Below, one piece after another: positions 1 to 9,116 of a stretch of 64,000 nt of DNA. A program made the translations under genes and the position numbers. Source of the stretch: Verrucomicrobiota bacterium. Lineage in GTDB: Bacteria > Verrucomicrobiota > Verrucomicrobiia > Limisphaerales > J093. A model generated the notes under the pieces. That model made no database searches and was not told where the DNA came from. It saw only the letters and a list, made by a program, of their open reading frames with translations. How positions within the stretch are numbered: position 1 is the stretch's first letter; every line of letters begins with the position of its first letter. The stretch is taken from positions 2,390 to 66,389 of the forward strand of contig JAAYVR010000026.1 of assembly GCA_012517065.1 (NCBI GenBank), written 5' to 3'.

Positions 1-34
1 CGCGGAGCAATTGTTGTGCGAGCCCTGGTTTCAT
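1..34 (-). CDS. 5' end (about 11 codons) of an unidentified gene coupled to the nucleotidyltransferase upstream; a HEPN-type toxin partner would be expected at this position
   Basis: ATG at 34-32 overlaps the TGA stop (33-31) of ORF 31..318 in an ATGA junction and reads MKPGLAQQLLR to the window edge. Too short to identify. Confidence 0.3.
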   Translation of the reverse strand, partial: MKPGLAQQLLR

Positions 35-318
35 ATCCTCAGTCCGGTGCTGAGACATAGCACGGCAAATGGGTCATCGAGCGCGTCGCGTCGCCGCACG
101 GTGAGATCAAGTTGCTGCCAGCCGATGCGATCGAGTATGGCGCGCCGGAGACGGACGATGTCGTGAAACGTCAACGTATCGGATACAACAAGGATGTCGA
201 TGTCGCCACCCCGGGCGGTGTCGTCCACTCGTGAGCCGTGGAGCCAGACCTGCGCCTGTGGATCGGCAGCTCGCACGGTATCGCCGATGACCTTGGCCAC
301 GTGCTCGCTTAATCGCAT
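31..318 (-). CDS. minimal nucleotidyltransferase (MNT/MntA-like antitoxin candidate)
   Basis: 95 aa. Pol-beta NTase signature HGSRVDDTARGGDIDILV (G-S...D-x-D), small size, ATGA coupling to a downstream gene. Confidence 0.8.
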   Translation of the reverse strand: MRLSEHVAKVIGDTVRAADPQAQVWLHGSRVDDTARGGDIDILVVSDTLTFHDIVRLRRAILDRIGWQQLDLTVRRRDALDDPFAVLCLSTGLRI

Positions 319-514
319 AACGCCAATTTCTCAGGAATGCGTTGTTAAGTCAACCGGCCGGACTGGCGAGCCCGGTGCCGGAAGACTTGGGAGGAGATAG
401 AATGTTGGAGTTTCGAAGCCTCGGAGTTTCAGAGGCCAGAGTTTCGGCGGCTGGCAAGAGAGTTGGCGATCACACCGAGAACCTCATCTCGCCAGAGACA
501 CTCTTCGAGAGTTT

Positions 515-642
515 AGCGTTGTACGTTGAAAGTTTCTATACGCCGACCATTTGGGTTGTCTGTTCGGGAACGCTCACCGCTCAATGTACAACGTACTACG
601 GTGTATTACTGCTCGACGAATGCTCGTTCCAAACCGCCTACC
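515..642. repeat. interspersed repeat, family G (CAACGTACAACG-type hairpin element)
   Basis: Related copies at 19430-19522 and 41482-41622. Inverted partners are cgttgtacgttgaa (517-530) and tcaatgtacaacg (581-593). Shared block ttactgctcgacgaatgctcgtt. Confidence 0.75.
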
Positions 643-706
643 GTGGAAATCTCACTGTCTGACCAGACCAAGACACACAAAGCTTCATTCCGGTGAGATT
701 CCAGGG
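643..706. repeat. hairpin MITE/REP-like element, family E (degenerate copy)
   Basis: Arms ggaaatctcactg / cggtgagattcc around the loop tctgaccagaccaagacacacaaagcttcattc. Same element at 18441-18505, 39043-39107, 41299-41363 and 44757-44822. Lies about 85 nt 3' of the GT2 stop. Confidence 0.8.
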
Positions 707-789
707 TCAGCAAAACTCTTGCCGCCGAAACTCCGCCCCCCTGAACCCCGTATGGCATACACGATCCATGTCTCGAGGCCGCCCAAGCA

Positions 790-2022
790 TCACGACTGCG
801 AGTCTTTTCTGATGCCAAGGATGCTCACAAGAAAACTGTTGAACACCGTCTGGATTGCAAGTGCAGTGAGAGTGGCGCCAGGGATGACGCGCCGCATCGT
901 GTGTGCGTAATCAAGACGACCGAAGTTCACCGAACGCCATTCGTTGACCGCACTCGCCAACAGAACAATACCGCCCACAAACGCAACGCCCGACAACACA
1001 AGACCGCGTTCAAGGGTTATCAGCTTTCGCAACCGGCTCAACCCCGGATCAGGCGGGAGCAATCCTTCGTTGACAGCGAACGTCTTCGTGAGCAGTGCAA
1101 AGATGATCGCCTGGTAACCACACAGTATGAACAGGCTCGCGAACAACAGCGTGTGCGCGTCAAGCGTCGCACGCCCTACCCTCGCGCCCGGGAGCGCAAG
1201 AGCGTATCCGATCAGACCCAACAACACGAGGCCCACCCCCGGCAGCAGGAACAGCCAACGCGGGCTGTAAATCAGCAAGACACGCAATGTCCGCCAGCCG
1301 TCGCGGAACGTTTTCAAATGCCGCGGGTGCGACTTTCGCCCATCGGCGTGGAGGGTTATCGGGACATCCACGATCTTTGCGTTGATCAAAGTTGCGCGGA
1401 TGACCATTTCGATGGCGAACTCCATGCCTGTGCTGCGCAAGCCCAGTTTGTTGTAAAGGTCTTTGCGGAATGCCCGAAACCCGCAATACACATCGTGCAC
1501 CGTAGCACCAAACCACCACCGCGCCATCATTGAGAACATCGGATTACCCCACCACCGATGCAAAAACGGCATCGCTCCGGGCAGAATCTGTCCCCCGCCA
1601 GACGGAAGCCTGCAGCCCTGGGCGTAATCGAATCCCTGCTGCAACGCCGCAATGAACTTCGGTATCTCCCTGAAATCGTAACTGTCATCCGCGTCTCCGA
1701 TGATGACGAACTGCCCTCGGGCTGCTTCGATGCCGGCACGCAAAGCGCGACCGTAACCGCGGCTGGGTTCACTGATCACGCGCGCGCCTGCGGCTTCCGC
1801 AAGCGCGGCTGAATTGTCCGTGCTGCCGTTGTCAGCGACAATTACCTCTCCCAGAACCCGGGCTGCGGCCAGGCCTTCCTTGGCCTTCTTTATGCAAGAC
1901 TCAATCGTGTCAGCCTCATTCAGGCAAGGGATGACCACAGACACTTCGATCCTGTCAGGCGAACCCGCGCTAACGGGTTCAAACCCATTCTCTGTTCCCG
2001 GTCCATAATCCTTTGCCACCAC
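790..2022 (-). CDS. family-2 glycosyltransferase with C-terminal transmembrane domain (polyprenyl-phosphate sugar transferase architecture, ArnC/GtrB/DPM1-like)
   Basis: GT-A motifs VSVVIPCLNEADTIE, DNGSTDNS and GDADDSYD, then about 4 hydrophobic helices. The longest ORF extends to 2178 (TTG), but its first 52 codons are Arg/Cys-rich and overlap the epimerase. GTG at 2022 is preferred; start uncertain. Confidence 0.85.
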   Translation of the reverse strand: MVAKDYGPGTENGFEPVSAGSPDRIEVSVVIPCLNEADTIESCIKKAKEGLAAARVLGEVIVADNGSTDNSAALAEAAGARVISEPSRGYGRALRAGIEAARGQFVIIGDADDSYDFREIPKFIAALQQGFDYAQGCRLPSGGGQILPGAMPFLHRWWGNPMFSMMARWWFGATVHDVYCGFRAFRKDLYNKLGLRSTGMEFAIEMVIRATLINAKIVDVPITLHADGRKSHPRHLKTFRDGWRTLRVLLIYSPRWLFLLPGVGLVLLGLIGYALALPGARVGRATLDAHTLLFASLFILCGYQAIIFALLTKTFAVNEGLLPPDPGLSRLRKLITLERGLVLSGVAFVGGIVLLASAVNEWRSVNFGRLDYAHTMRRVIPGATLTALAIQTVFNSFLVSILGIRKDSQS

Positions 2023-2143
2023 CTTTGTCGTTACATTTGCCGTTACCTTATCCGATCCGAAGGCGAGATCGCAGGACCGACAAAGGTTGCGGCCGGGACG
2101 ACGTTGAAGGCCGCACGATTGCCGGGATTGTACAAAGTGCCTG

Positions 2144-3151
2144 TCACCTTTTGTAGTATTCCTTGTACCAAGCCACAAACTTCGGAACGCCTTCTTCGAT
2201 CGACGTTGTCGGCCTGAATCCCGTGTCGCGCGTCAGATCGTCAATGTCGGCAAACGTTGCCGGGACATCGCCCGGTTGCATCGGCAACAGACGTCGTTCT
2301 GCGCGTTTGCCAAGAGCGCGCTCGAGTACGTCAATCAGATGGAGGAGTTCGACCGGCCGGTGATTGCCAATGTTGTAAATCTTGTATGGCGCGCGGCTCG
2401 TGCCGGGGTCAGGTCCGGCACCGTCCCAACCGGGATTGCCCGCAGGCACACGATCGATCACCCGGACAACGCCTTCGACGATGTCATCGACGTAGGTGAA
2501 ATCGCGCTGCATCCGGCCGTGGTTATAGACATCGATCGGCTGTCCTTCGAGGATCGCGCATGTGAACTTGAACAACGCCATGTCAGGCCGACCCCACGGA
2601 CCGTACACGGTGAAGAACCGCAACCCGGTAGTTGGCAGGCTGTAAAGGTGGCTGTAGGTATGCGCCATCAACTCGTTGGCTTTCTTTGTGGCCGCATACA
2701 GGCTGACCGGATGATCCACGTTGTCGTGCACGGAGAAGGGCAGCTTTGTGTTGGCGCCGTACACTGAACTGGATGACGCGTACACGAGGTGCTCGATGGC
2801 ATGTTTGCGGCAGCCCTCGAGAATGTTCATGAACCCCACCAGATTGGCCTCAACGTATGCATGTGGGTTCACAAGGGAATATCGCACGCCGGCCTGAGCC
2901 GCAAGATGCGCAACGCGATCGAACTTTTCCTCCGCGAACAGGCGGTCCATCGCCGGCCTGTCGGCCACATCGAGCTTGACGAACTTGAAGTTGGGCCGGC
3001 CGTCCATCAGCGCGAGGCGCGCGCGCTTGAGCGACACGTCATAGTAATCGTTCAGGTTGTCGAGGCCGATGACAGTGTCACCCCTGTCGAGCAAACGCCT
3101 GGCCAGATGGTACCCTATGAAACCTGCGGCGCCTGTAACCAGAATTCTCAT
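2144..3151 (-). CDS. NAD-dependent nucleotide-sugar 4-epimerase (UDP-glucuronate / UDP-GlcNAcA 4-epimerase-like, CapI/TviC group)
   Basis: 335 aa. Rossmann N-terminus [16 protein letters not shown], catalytic YAATKKANE (YxxxK). ATG at 3151 overlaps the hepT stop. Confidence 0.9.
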   Translation of the reverse strand: MRILVTGAAGFIGYHLARRLLDRGDTVIGLDNLNDYYDVSLKRARLALMDGRPNFKFVKLDVADRPAMDRLFAEEKFDRVAHLAAQAGVRYSLVNPHAYVEANLVGFMNILEGCRKHAIEHLVYASSSSVYGANTKLPFSVHDNVDHPVSLYAATKKANELMAHTYSHLYSLPTTGLRFFTVYGPWGRPDMALFKFTCAILEGQPIDVYNHGRMQRDFTYVDDIVEGVVRVIDRVPAGNPGWDGAGPDPGTSRAPYKIYNIGNHRPVELLHLIDVLERALGKRAERRLLPMQPGDVPATFADIDDLTRDTGFRPTTSIEEGVPKFVAWYKEYYKR

Positions 3152-3558
3152 GTTTTGCTGCTAAGGATTGCGCTGATGAACGCCTCAAAATCCCCGAGAT
3201 GATGATCAAGGATTCTGGATAAGATGGGGAGTTGGATTTGCTGGTAACTGTGCACTGCTATGTTTCGGAATCCGACCATGGCCTGCATTCGCCGCGACAG
3301 TTCTGCAGCAATTACCCCGGCTTGTTCCAACATTGCGAATGCATCCCGTGAGGCTTGTGGAATGCCAAGGCGCCGTTTTGCCACTTCGTACATTGCCAGA
3401 TCTATGGCCGCTTCGCAGGCACGCAACAAGTTGAGCACAATTGCGTCCTGTTTGGTCCAATCCTCGAGATTCGACGTCTGCCCTCCGTACTCATCGCGAA
3501 TACGTTTGAGGCAGCGGCGGATAATATCCGCTTTGTTGAGCTGGGTGTCTTCAGGCAT
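3148..3558 (-). CDS. hepT: HEPN-domain (DUF86) toxin HepT
   Basis: R-x4-H HEPN motif in [13 protein letters not shown]. Internal ATG at 3558 overlaps the mntA stop by 8 nt (ATGCCTGA). Its TGA overlaps the epimerase ATG (ATGA). Confidence 0.85.
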   Translation of the reverse strand: MPEDTQLNKADIIRRCLKRIRDEYGGQTSNLEDWTKQDAIVLNLLRACEAAIDLAMYEVAKRRLGIPQASRDAFAMLEQAGVIAAELSRRMQAMVGFRNIAVHSYQQIQLPILSRILDHHLGDFEAFISAILSSKT

Positions 3559-3997
3559 GGCTATTGTATTCGTCAGCGATTGCGCGGAGGACCGGGGCTC
3601 GTTCCTCATTCAAGCGCGCGTAGTTACTGAGAGTGTACATTTCAAACTCGCTGACCTCATTGGGGCGCACGCGTGCTATACAACGACCCGTTCGAATAAC
3701 CTCTTTCCTCATCACGGTGCTGGCGCGACGCAGGTCAAGCAGTTCAACCTCGAGACCGAGCAACGATGAGAGTTCCTGGCTCGCAAGATAGACCTCCCAG
3801 ACATCGCATAGCTGCGACGACAGGAAAGCCACGTCAAGATCGCTTTGCGGCCCGGATGTGCCCTGGGCGCGCGACCCAAAAACATAGACTGCAGCGGGGT
3901 CGAATCGAGCGAGAGTGCGCAAGAGAACCCCGAGCTGATCGTTGTTCAGACGCAACAACTCAAGCGTGTCATTCGTTTCGTCGAGTTTGGCTGGCAT
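3551..3997 (-). CDS. mntA: nucleotidyltransferase antitoxin MntA
   Basis: 148 aa. NTase signature YVFGSRAQGTSGPQSDLDVAFL. Sits directly upstream of and overlaps the DUF86 gene. Confidence 0.85.
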   Translation of the reverse strand: MPAKLDETNDTLELLRLNNDQLGVLLRTLARFDPAAVYVFGSRAQGTSGPQSDLDVAFLSSQLCDVWEVYLASQELSSLLGLEVELLDLRRASTVMRKEVIRTGRCIARVRPNEVSEFEMYTLSNYARLNEERAPVLRAIADEYNSHA

Positions 3998-4057
3998 TTA
4001 CCCGTTTTGGGGGTCTTCCATTGGGAATGAAAGCGTTGGAATACGAGTCAAAGCCTG

Positions 4058-5347
4058 TCAAGCTTTCCACACTTGGCCGGGCTTTGTCTTGACGACGGCC
4101 ATGGCGTTGCGCGTATCGACAACACATTGAGCCCACTCGGCAAGTTCCTCGTAGTTGATGGCCTTGTGGTGAGTCGCGATCAAAACCACGTCGAAAGACG
4201 CGATTGTCTGGCGGTCCCATGAGACCGACCGCGTACCGGCCCAATGCGAATGCTCGCGGCTGGGCCGGATCACCGGGATGTGCGGATCGTAGTAGGCCAC
4301 TTCGGCGCCGCCTTCCTTCAAAAGGTCCATGAGAATGTAGCTGGGCGATTCGCGGTCGTCGTCCACATTTGGCTTGTAGGCAAGGCCGAGAACCAGCACG
4401 CGGCTGCCGTTAAGCGCCCTGCGCTGTGCATTCAACGCTTCGATGACGCGGCTGACGACGTACTTGGGCATTGACGTGTTGATTTCGCCTGCCAGTTCAA
4501 TAAACCGCGTGTGTTGACCATACTCGCGCGCTTTCCATGTCAGGTAGAACGGGTCTATCGGTATGCAGTGCCCGCCAAGGCCCGGCCCCGGATAAAACGC
4601 CATAAACCCGAACGGCTTCGTCTTCGCAGCTTCAATGACCTCCCAGATGTCAATCCCCATCGCGCCATAGACAAGCTTGAGTTCATTCACAAGTGCAATG
4701 TTAACGCTGCGAAAAATGTTCTCGAGCAGCTTGGTCGCTTCCGCAGCGCGACAGGATGAGACAGGGACAATTCGTTGTATTGCCCGGCCGTAGAGTTGCT
4801 TCGCCCGCTCGAGACACGCAGGGGTAAACCCGCCAATGACTTTCGGAATGCGCGCCACCTCGCTTTGTGGGTTGCCGGGGTCCTCACGTTCCGGACTGAA
4901 CGCAAGATGAAAATCCTTCCCCGCCTTCAACCCGGAGCCCGATTCGAGAACATTGCGGAGGTCCTCGTCGGTAGTCCCCGGATATGTCGTCGATTCGAGA
5001 ACAACCAAAGTCCCACGTTGAAGGTGCGGAGCAATGGTGCGTCCGGTCGCCAAAATATACGAAATATCAGGTTCGCGGTTCCGATTCAAAGGGGTCGGAA
5101 CACATATGATGATCGCTTCAACTTCGCGGACCCGGGAAAAATCGGTCGATGCTGCAAACGATCCGTTCTTTACAAGTTCAGCGACCGCGGCGGATGGGAT
5201 GTGTTGAATGTAACTGGTGCCCTGGTTGAGCGAGTCCACCTTGGCAGGATCAATGTCCAACCCGAGCACGCGCACACCCGATCGCGCAAACTGGAGCGAA
5301 AGAGGAAGTCCCACGTACCCGAGACCAACAACTGCGATTGTTTTCAT
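4058..5347 (-). CDS. nucleotide-sugar 6-dehydrogenase (UDP-glucose/GDP-mannose dehydrogenase family; TviB/WbpA/WecC-like)
   Basis: 429 aa. NAD-binding N-terminus MKTIAVVGLGYVGLPLSLQFA, catalytic-Cys block GLGGHCIPIDPFYL. Confidence 0.9.
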   Translation of the reverse strand: MKTIAVVGLGYVGLPLSLQFARSGVRVLGLDIDPAKVDSLNQGTSYIQHIPSAAVAELVKNGSFAASTDFSRVREVEAIIICVPTPLNRNREPDISYILATGRTIAPHLQRGTLVVLESTTYPGTTDEDLRNVLESGSGLKAGKDFHLAFSPEREDPGNPQSEVARIPKVIGGFTPACLERAKQLYGRAIQRIVPVSSCRAAEATKLLENIFRSVNIALVNELKLVYGAMGIDIWEVIEAAKTKPFGFMAFYPGPGLGGHCIPIDPFYLTWKAREYGQHTRFIELAGEINTSMPKYVVSRVIEALNAQRRALNGSRVLVLGLAYKPNVDDDRESPSYILMDLLKEGGAEVAYYDPHIPVIRPSREHSHWAGTRSVSWDRQTIASFDVVLIATHHKAINYEELAEWAQCVVDTRNAMAVVKTKPGQVWKA

Positions 5348-5452
5348 AGACTTATCTACTTATGAATGTTAGGGGATTCTGACAGGCTGCGTCTGTGCTT
5401 CGGCGCGCAGCGGAATGCACACCTTGTCGGCACTGCGCACAACCAAACGACC

Positions 5453-6289
5453 TTACTGTTGGCCGAACTGGTATGACAAGTACAATGCCACCCCGCGCTG
5501 GCGCGCGTATTCAGGCACGTCACGGCTCGAAACCATGTGCGCAACCAGTATGGGAAATACCTTGCCGCAGACCGCCTTCAGAGGTTCCACCCTGTTGCGA
5601 ATGAAACGGTCCACCTCGTTCTTGGACAATTGCGCCTTGGCTTCCCCGATTATCCAAACCGGCTCACTCCCTCGGGTCCCACGCCCCAAAATGTTGACCT
5701 CCAAATCCCGACCCCTTGCATCCGCGAGATAGTCGCGGCGAAGAGGTTCCGTAAGCTTGACTTGGTGGTCGCGTTCCAAGAGCACCGGCAAAGCCCGATA
5801 TGCCTCGTTTTCCAGAGTGTACCCCACAGTGATTGCCAGGCCGCCGAGTTGCTTGTTCGTGTCGTCCAGCCTTTCTGCGAGCTTTGCCAATGCTGATTCG
5901 GTTCGTTGCTGCGCCGCGGCAAGTTCCCCCAAACGAATCTCTGTACTTTTCTGCGCTTCGCTGAGTTCGTTTAACGACCGAGTAAGTTCCTCGACACGGG
6001 TCTCTGTGCGTTTCTGCGCTTCGGCGAGTTCTCCAAGCCGGATCTCGGTCTGCTTCTGTGCCGCACTGAGTTCTTCGACGCGAGCTTCGGTCCGCTTTTG
6101 TGCCTCGGCCAATTCCTTTTGCGACACTGCGAGCTCGCTAACAACACGTTGCAGGGCCTCGAAATCGGACCTCTTGACCGTGTCCTGAAGGTCCTCATAG
6201 ATCAGGCCCAGCACGGATGCGAGTTTCTGAGCAGGTCTCGGGTCCATGACCTCGCTCAGTTCCTCGTATATGCGCAAGGTGTTGATCAC
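5453..6289 (-). CDS. coiled-coil protein with C-terminal PD-(D/E)xK-like domain (DUF3782-like, function unknown)
   Basis: 278 aa. Repeated ELAEAQKRTExRVEEL units, then RDLEVNILG...IIGEAKAQL. The first codon at 6289 is GTG; an ATG alternative is at 6247. Confidence 0.7.
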   Translation of the reverse strand: MINTLRIYEELSEVMDPRPAQKLASVLGLIYEDLQDTVKRSDFEALQRVVSELAVSQKELAEAQKRTEARVEELSAAQKQTEIRLGELAEAQKRTETRVEELTRSLNELSEAQKSTEIRLGELAAAQQRTESALAKLAERLDDTNKQLGGLAITVGYTLENEAYRALPVLLERDHQVKLTEPLRRDYLADARGRDLEVNILGRGTRGSEPVWIIGEAKAQLSKNEVDRFIRNRVEPLKAVCGKVFPILVAHMVSSRDVPEYARQRGVALYLSYQFGQQ

Positions 6290-6320
6290 AGCTTTACTAT
6301 GCTTGATTCAGCGCGTCCGG

Positions 6321-6619
6321 TCAAGCTGTCGAATCCAGCGCGGCAGCCTCCAGCTTTCGTTGCAACCGGTTCAGGGCTTTCAACCTCTGAATGCAGACCT
6401 GGCGTATTGCGCCCCACGCGGCCAATCGTCGGGTGCCTGTACTTGCGCTGGCCTTGCTGATGCCAAGCAACCGAACAATGTCATCCAATGACAAAGGCGC
6501 CGCTGAAAAAATAGCAACCAATAAATCCGACCCAACGACCGCAGCAGGCCGAGTCGGCGGCACACATTGCCGGCTGTTTCGATGAATTTGAGCCTGCTTC
6601 GAGAGCGAAGGGGGGGCAT
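6321..6619 (-). pseudogene. GbsR/MarR-type winged-HTH regulator interrupted by a 1-nt frameshift
   Basis: Frame 1 (ATG 6619) reads MPPLRSRSRLKFIETAGNVCRRLGLLRSLGRIYWLLFF. Frame 2 continues SAAPLSLDDIVRLLGISKASASTGTRRLAAWGAIRQV. Together they match the GbsR-type N-terminus (FIE..G......GRIyglL....pLSlDdi...LgiSK.s.S...r.L..wGav). The junction is a 6-nt A/T homopolymer at 6506-6511. Confidence 0.6.
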
Positions 6620-6774
6620 GACGGACTCTTGCGGGGTATCAGACTGAATTGACACTTCGTGCTGGTCACTTCGCAGGTCGGCTCTGCTTTGGCGACCCGG
6701 TCTGGCGCGTGACAGCAGATTGTTCAAAACCGATTGAACGAAATATACAATCTGAACATTGACGTCAAGCAGAA

Positions 6775-6988
6775 AATGCCAGCCGCACCCCAAGCGCTTC
6801 GCGCCTGCCAACGCCCACTGCATCCGCGGCAGCGCGTGAGAAACCGTCGGGATCAGCGCGCTCTTCCTTGCGACGGAGTCGCAGGGCATATTGCCCAGCC
6901 CGGCGTGGCTGAAGGTCCGGGTGGTGCAAGAGCCGGGGGCGTTGTCCGTCAGGCGACCTTGGTTCCCGCTGCGCCGGGCTGCGAAATA
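6775..6988 (-). repeat. composite repeat, modules B + A in inverted orientation
   Basis: Reverse complement matches the A-B units at 17586-17830, 34470-34728 and 51715-51962. The long A hairpin (arms at about 6881-6902 and 6966-6988) ends 7 nt from the stop of the last hydrogenase gene. Confidence 0.85.
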
Positions 6989-6994
6989 TGCGGG

Positions 6995-7531
6995 CTAAAC
7001 CTTCTCAGCGTCCTTGTACACGATCTCAATTCCGGTCCCGACAAGTGATTCCGGGTGATAGCGAGGAATTGGTAACCTGCGCTGTTGTAATGTCACCGGA
7101 CACATCTTCTTCTCAACAAGACCCAGCGCAAGAGCAACCCCGTAAAGGATCGCTTCCGGCCGGGGCGGACATCCCGGGATGTAGTAATTAACGGGGATCA
7201 CCTTTTCAACAGGCCCGAGCACGTTGTATGAGTCGTGCCAAATCCCGCCGCCACACGCACACGAACCGATTGCAAACACCAGCTTCGGTTCCGGCATGGC
7301 TTCGTATGCGCGACGCAGTGCCGCTGCGGTGGGCCGCATTGCAGGACCCTGGCAAAGCATAACATCCGCGTGCCGCGGTGAACCCACCAGCTTTATGCCG
7401 AAGCGCTCGGCATCGTAGTAGGGCGTCAGAACGTTGAGGACTTCAATGTCACAACCGTTGCAACCGCCGCTGTTGGCATGGTAAACCCACAGCGATTTGC
7501 GAAACATCTTCCTGCAAAGTTGCTTGATCAT
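6995..7531 (-). CDS. [NiFe]-hydrogenase small subunit, NuoB/HycG-like (group 4 type)
   Basis: Motifs GGCNGCDIE, GSCACGGGIW and PGCPPRPEAI. ATG at 7531 gives an N-terminus parallel to HycG; the track ORF starts at a TTG at 7558. Confidence 0.9.
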   Translation of the reverse strand: MIKQLCRKMFRKSLWVYHANSGGCNGCDIEVLNVLTPYYDAERFGIKLVGSPRHADVMLCQGPAMRPTAAALRRAYEAMPEPKLVFAIGSCACGGGIWHDSYNVLGPVEKVIPVNYYIPGCPPRPEAILYGVALALGLVEKKMCPVTLQQRRLPIPRYHPESLVGTGIEIVYKDAEKV

Positions 7532-7558
7532 TTGTACACGACGGCAAACAACCGCCAA

Positions 7559-8083
7559 TCAGTCCAGATCAATCCTGATATCAGCCACTGTTGACTCGGT
7601 ATCAAGATAACCCTTCGAGTGGAATACCCATCTTTCACTGGCTACATCGTCGAATCTGTAACCCTTCAGTTTCAACCGTTCGAGCGGTGATGGTTCCGGG
7701 AAACACCTGCCACAACGCTGGCAAGTGCTCATGAACAGCTCGAGACGCTGGCTCAAATCGGCGATTGCGTTTGTCGCCGTTTCAAAGTCGTGGCTCATTG
7801 TGATGGCTTTTTCGGGGCAAACATCCGCACACCGGCCGCAGAATGTGCACCGCCTACCAAGGTACTGGATAATCCGCAGTTCCTGGCAAATGTCGTGCAC
7901 CAAAATCTCCCGAGCAGGACAGTTGTTCGCGCAACCCGCGCATCCGATGCATTTGGCCGCATCGAAAATCGGTCGGCCCCGAAACCGCGGCGGCACCGGC
8001 CGCGGCTCTGCCGGATAAGGCAGCGTCACGCGGCCAGCTTTGAGGCAAAGAACTGTTTCCCTGATTTTGCTCAGCAATGACAT
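7559..8083 (-). CDS. 2x[4Fe-4S] ferredoxin-like hydrogenase subunit (HycF/NuoI-like)
   Basis: 174 aa. CIGCAGCANNCP and CTFCGRCADVCP cluster motifs. Located within the hydrogenase operon. Confidence 0.9.
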   Translation of the reverse strand: MSLLSKIRETVLCLKAGRVTLPYPAEPRPVPPRFRGRPIFDAAKCIGCAGCANNCPAREILVHDICQELRIIQYLGRRCTFCGRCADVCPEKAITMSHDFETATNAIADLSQRLELFMSTCQRCGRCFPEPSPLERLKLKGYRFDDVASERWVFHSKGYLDTESTVADIRIDLD

Positions 8084-8185
8084 GACTTTGACTAGATTAT
8101 CCGCGGTGCAAACCCCGCAGTTCGTCCGGCTACAGCCGTGAAACCAACACGCGCCGCGGCTTCTGTTGGATTCGCCATGTTCGAC

Positions 8186-9109
8186 TCAGTACCCATACGT
8201 TGCAAGGATCAGCGCAAACACGGCAATCACCAGCATCCCGCCAAAGTACCGCACCGCCTGGTCCACCCGGTACCTCGCGTGTGTTGCCGCTACCAATGTC
8301 ACAAGCAGCACAAGAACCAACACCTTGCACCAGAACAGCACCCACCCAAGGGGAAACGGCAAGCCCGATCCCCACGGCACAAACAACGCCACAAACAGTG
8401 CCGCGTAAACCACCAGCTTTGCCATCCGCGCCCACTTGAACAACGCAAGTTTCGGACCCGAATACTCCGACAGCGGCCCTTCCATTATCTCAGTTTCAGC
8501 TTCCGGTATGTCGAACGGCACACGCTGTACCAGAGCTTGAAACGATGCCGCTGACACCACCAGCATCAGCAACCCGGACACTCCAAACCGCCCTTCATAG
8601 ACTGCACCCCCAAGGACCGCGTCCAGACGCAACGAGTTTGCGTGAACCGCTCCGACAATCATGGCCACCGCAAACAACGGTTCCAACGTGATCATCAGCA
8701 TCATCTCGCGGCTCATCCCCAAAAGCGAGTAGGTCGAACCCGCGGCAAGCCCCGCCATCAGCGTGCAAAGCCCACCCAGCATCAGCAAATAAATCAAGAC
8801 CAACGCATCGCCTGCCCCACCCAGCGGCGCATTAAATCCCATCGGAACAAAACAAACTGCGGCAAGCACCACGCCCATCGACAGCCACGCAGCGAATCGC
8901 TGTGCCCACGGCGCTTCCCCGGACTCGATGTCTTCCTTCCCGAGCAGCTTGAAAAGGTCGTAATAAGGCTGCAACAGCGGGGGGCCTTTTCTCGATTGCA
9001 CACGCGCCGTCACTTTCCTGAGAATGCCTTCGAACAAAGGCGCCAGCACCAGCACAAGTGCTGCGTTGCAGATGCATCCAATTATTGCCCAAAACCAACT
9101 CATGACCAT
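8186..9109 (-). CDS. integral membrane hydrogenase subunit (NuoH/HycD-like)
   Basis: 307 aa, polytopic. N-terminal block LAPLFEGILRKVTARVQSRKGPPLLQPYYDLFKLLGKE is typical of the NuoH/HycD family. Confidence 0.9.
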   Translation of the reverse strand: MVMSWFWAIIGCICNAALVLVLAPLFEGILRKVTARVQSRKGPPLLQPYYDLFKLLGKEDIESGEAPWAQRFAAWLSMGVVLAAVCFVPMGFNAPLGGAGDALVLIYLLMLGGLCTLMAGLAAGSTYSLLGMSREMMLMITLEPLFAVAMIVGAVHANSLRLDAVLGGAVYEGRFGVSGLLMLVVSAASFQALVQRVPFDIPEAETEIMEGPLSEYSGPKLALFKWARMAKLVVYAALFVALFVPWGSGLPFPLGWVLFWCKVLVLVLLVTLVAATHARYRVDQAVRYFGGMLVIAVFALILATYGY

Positions 9110-9116
9110 CAGTACC

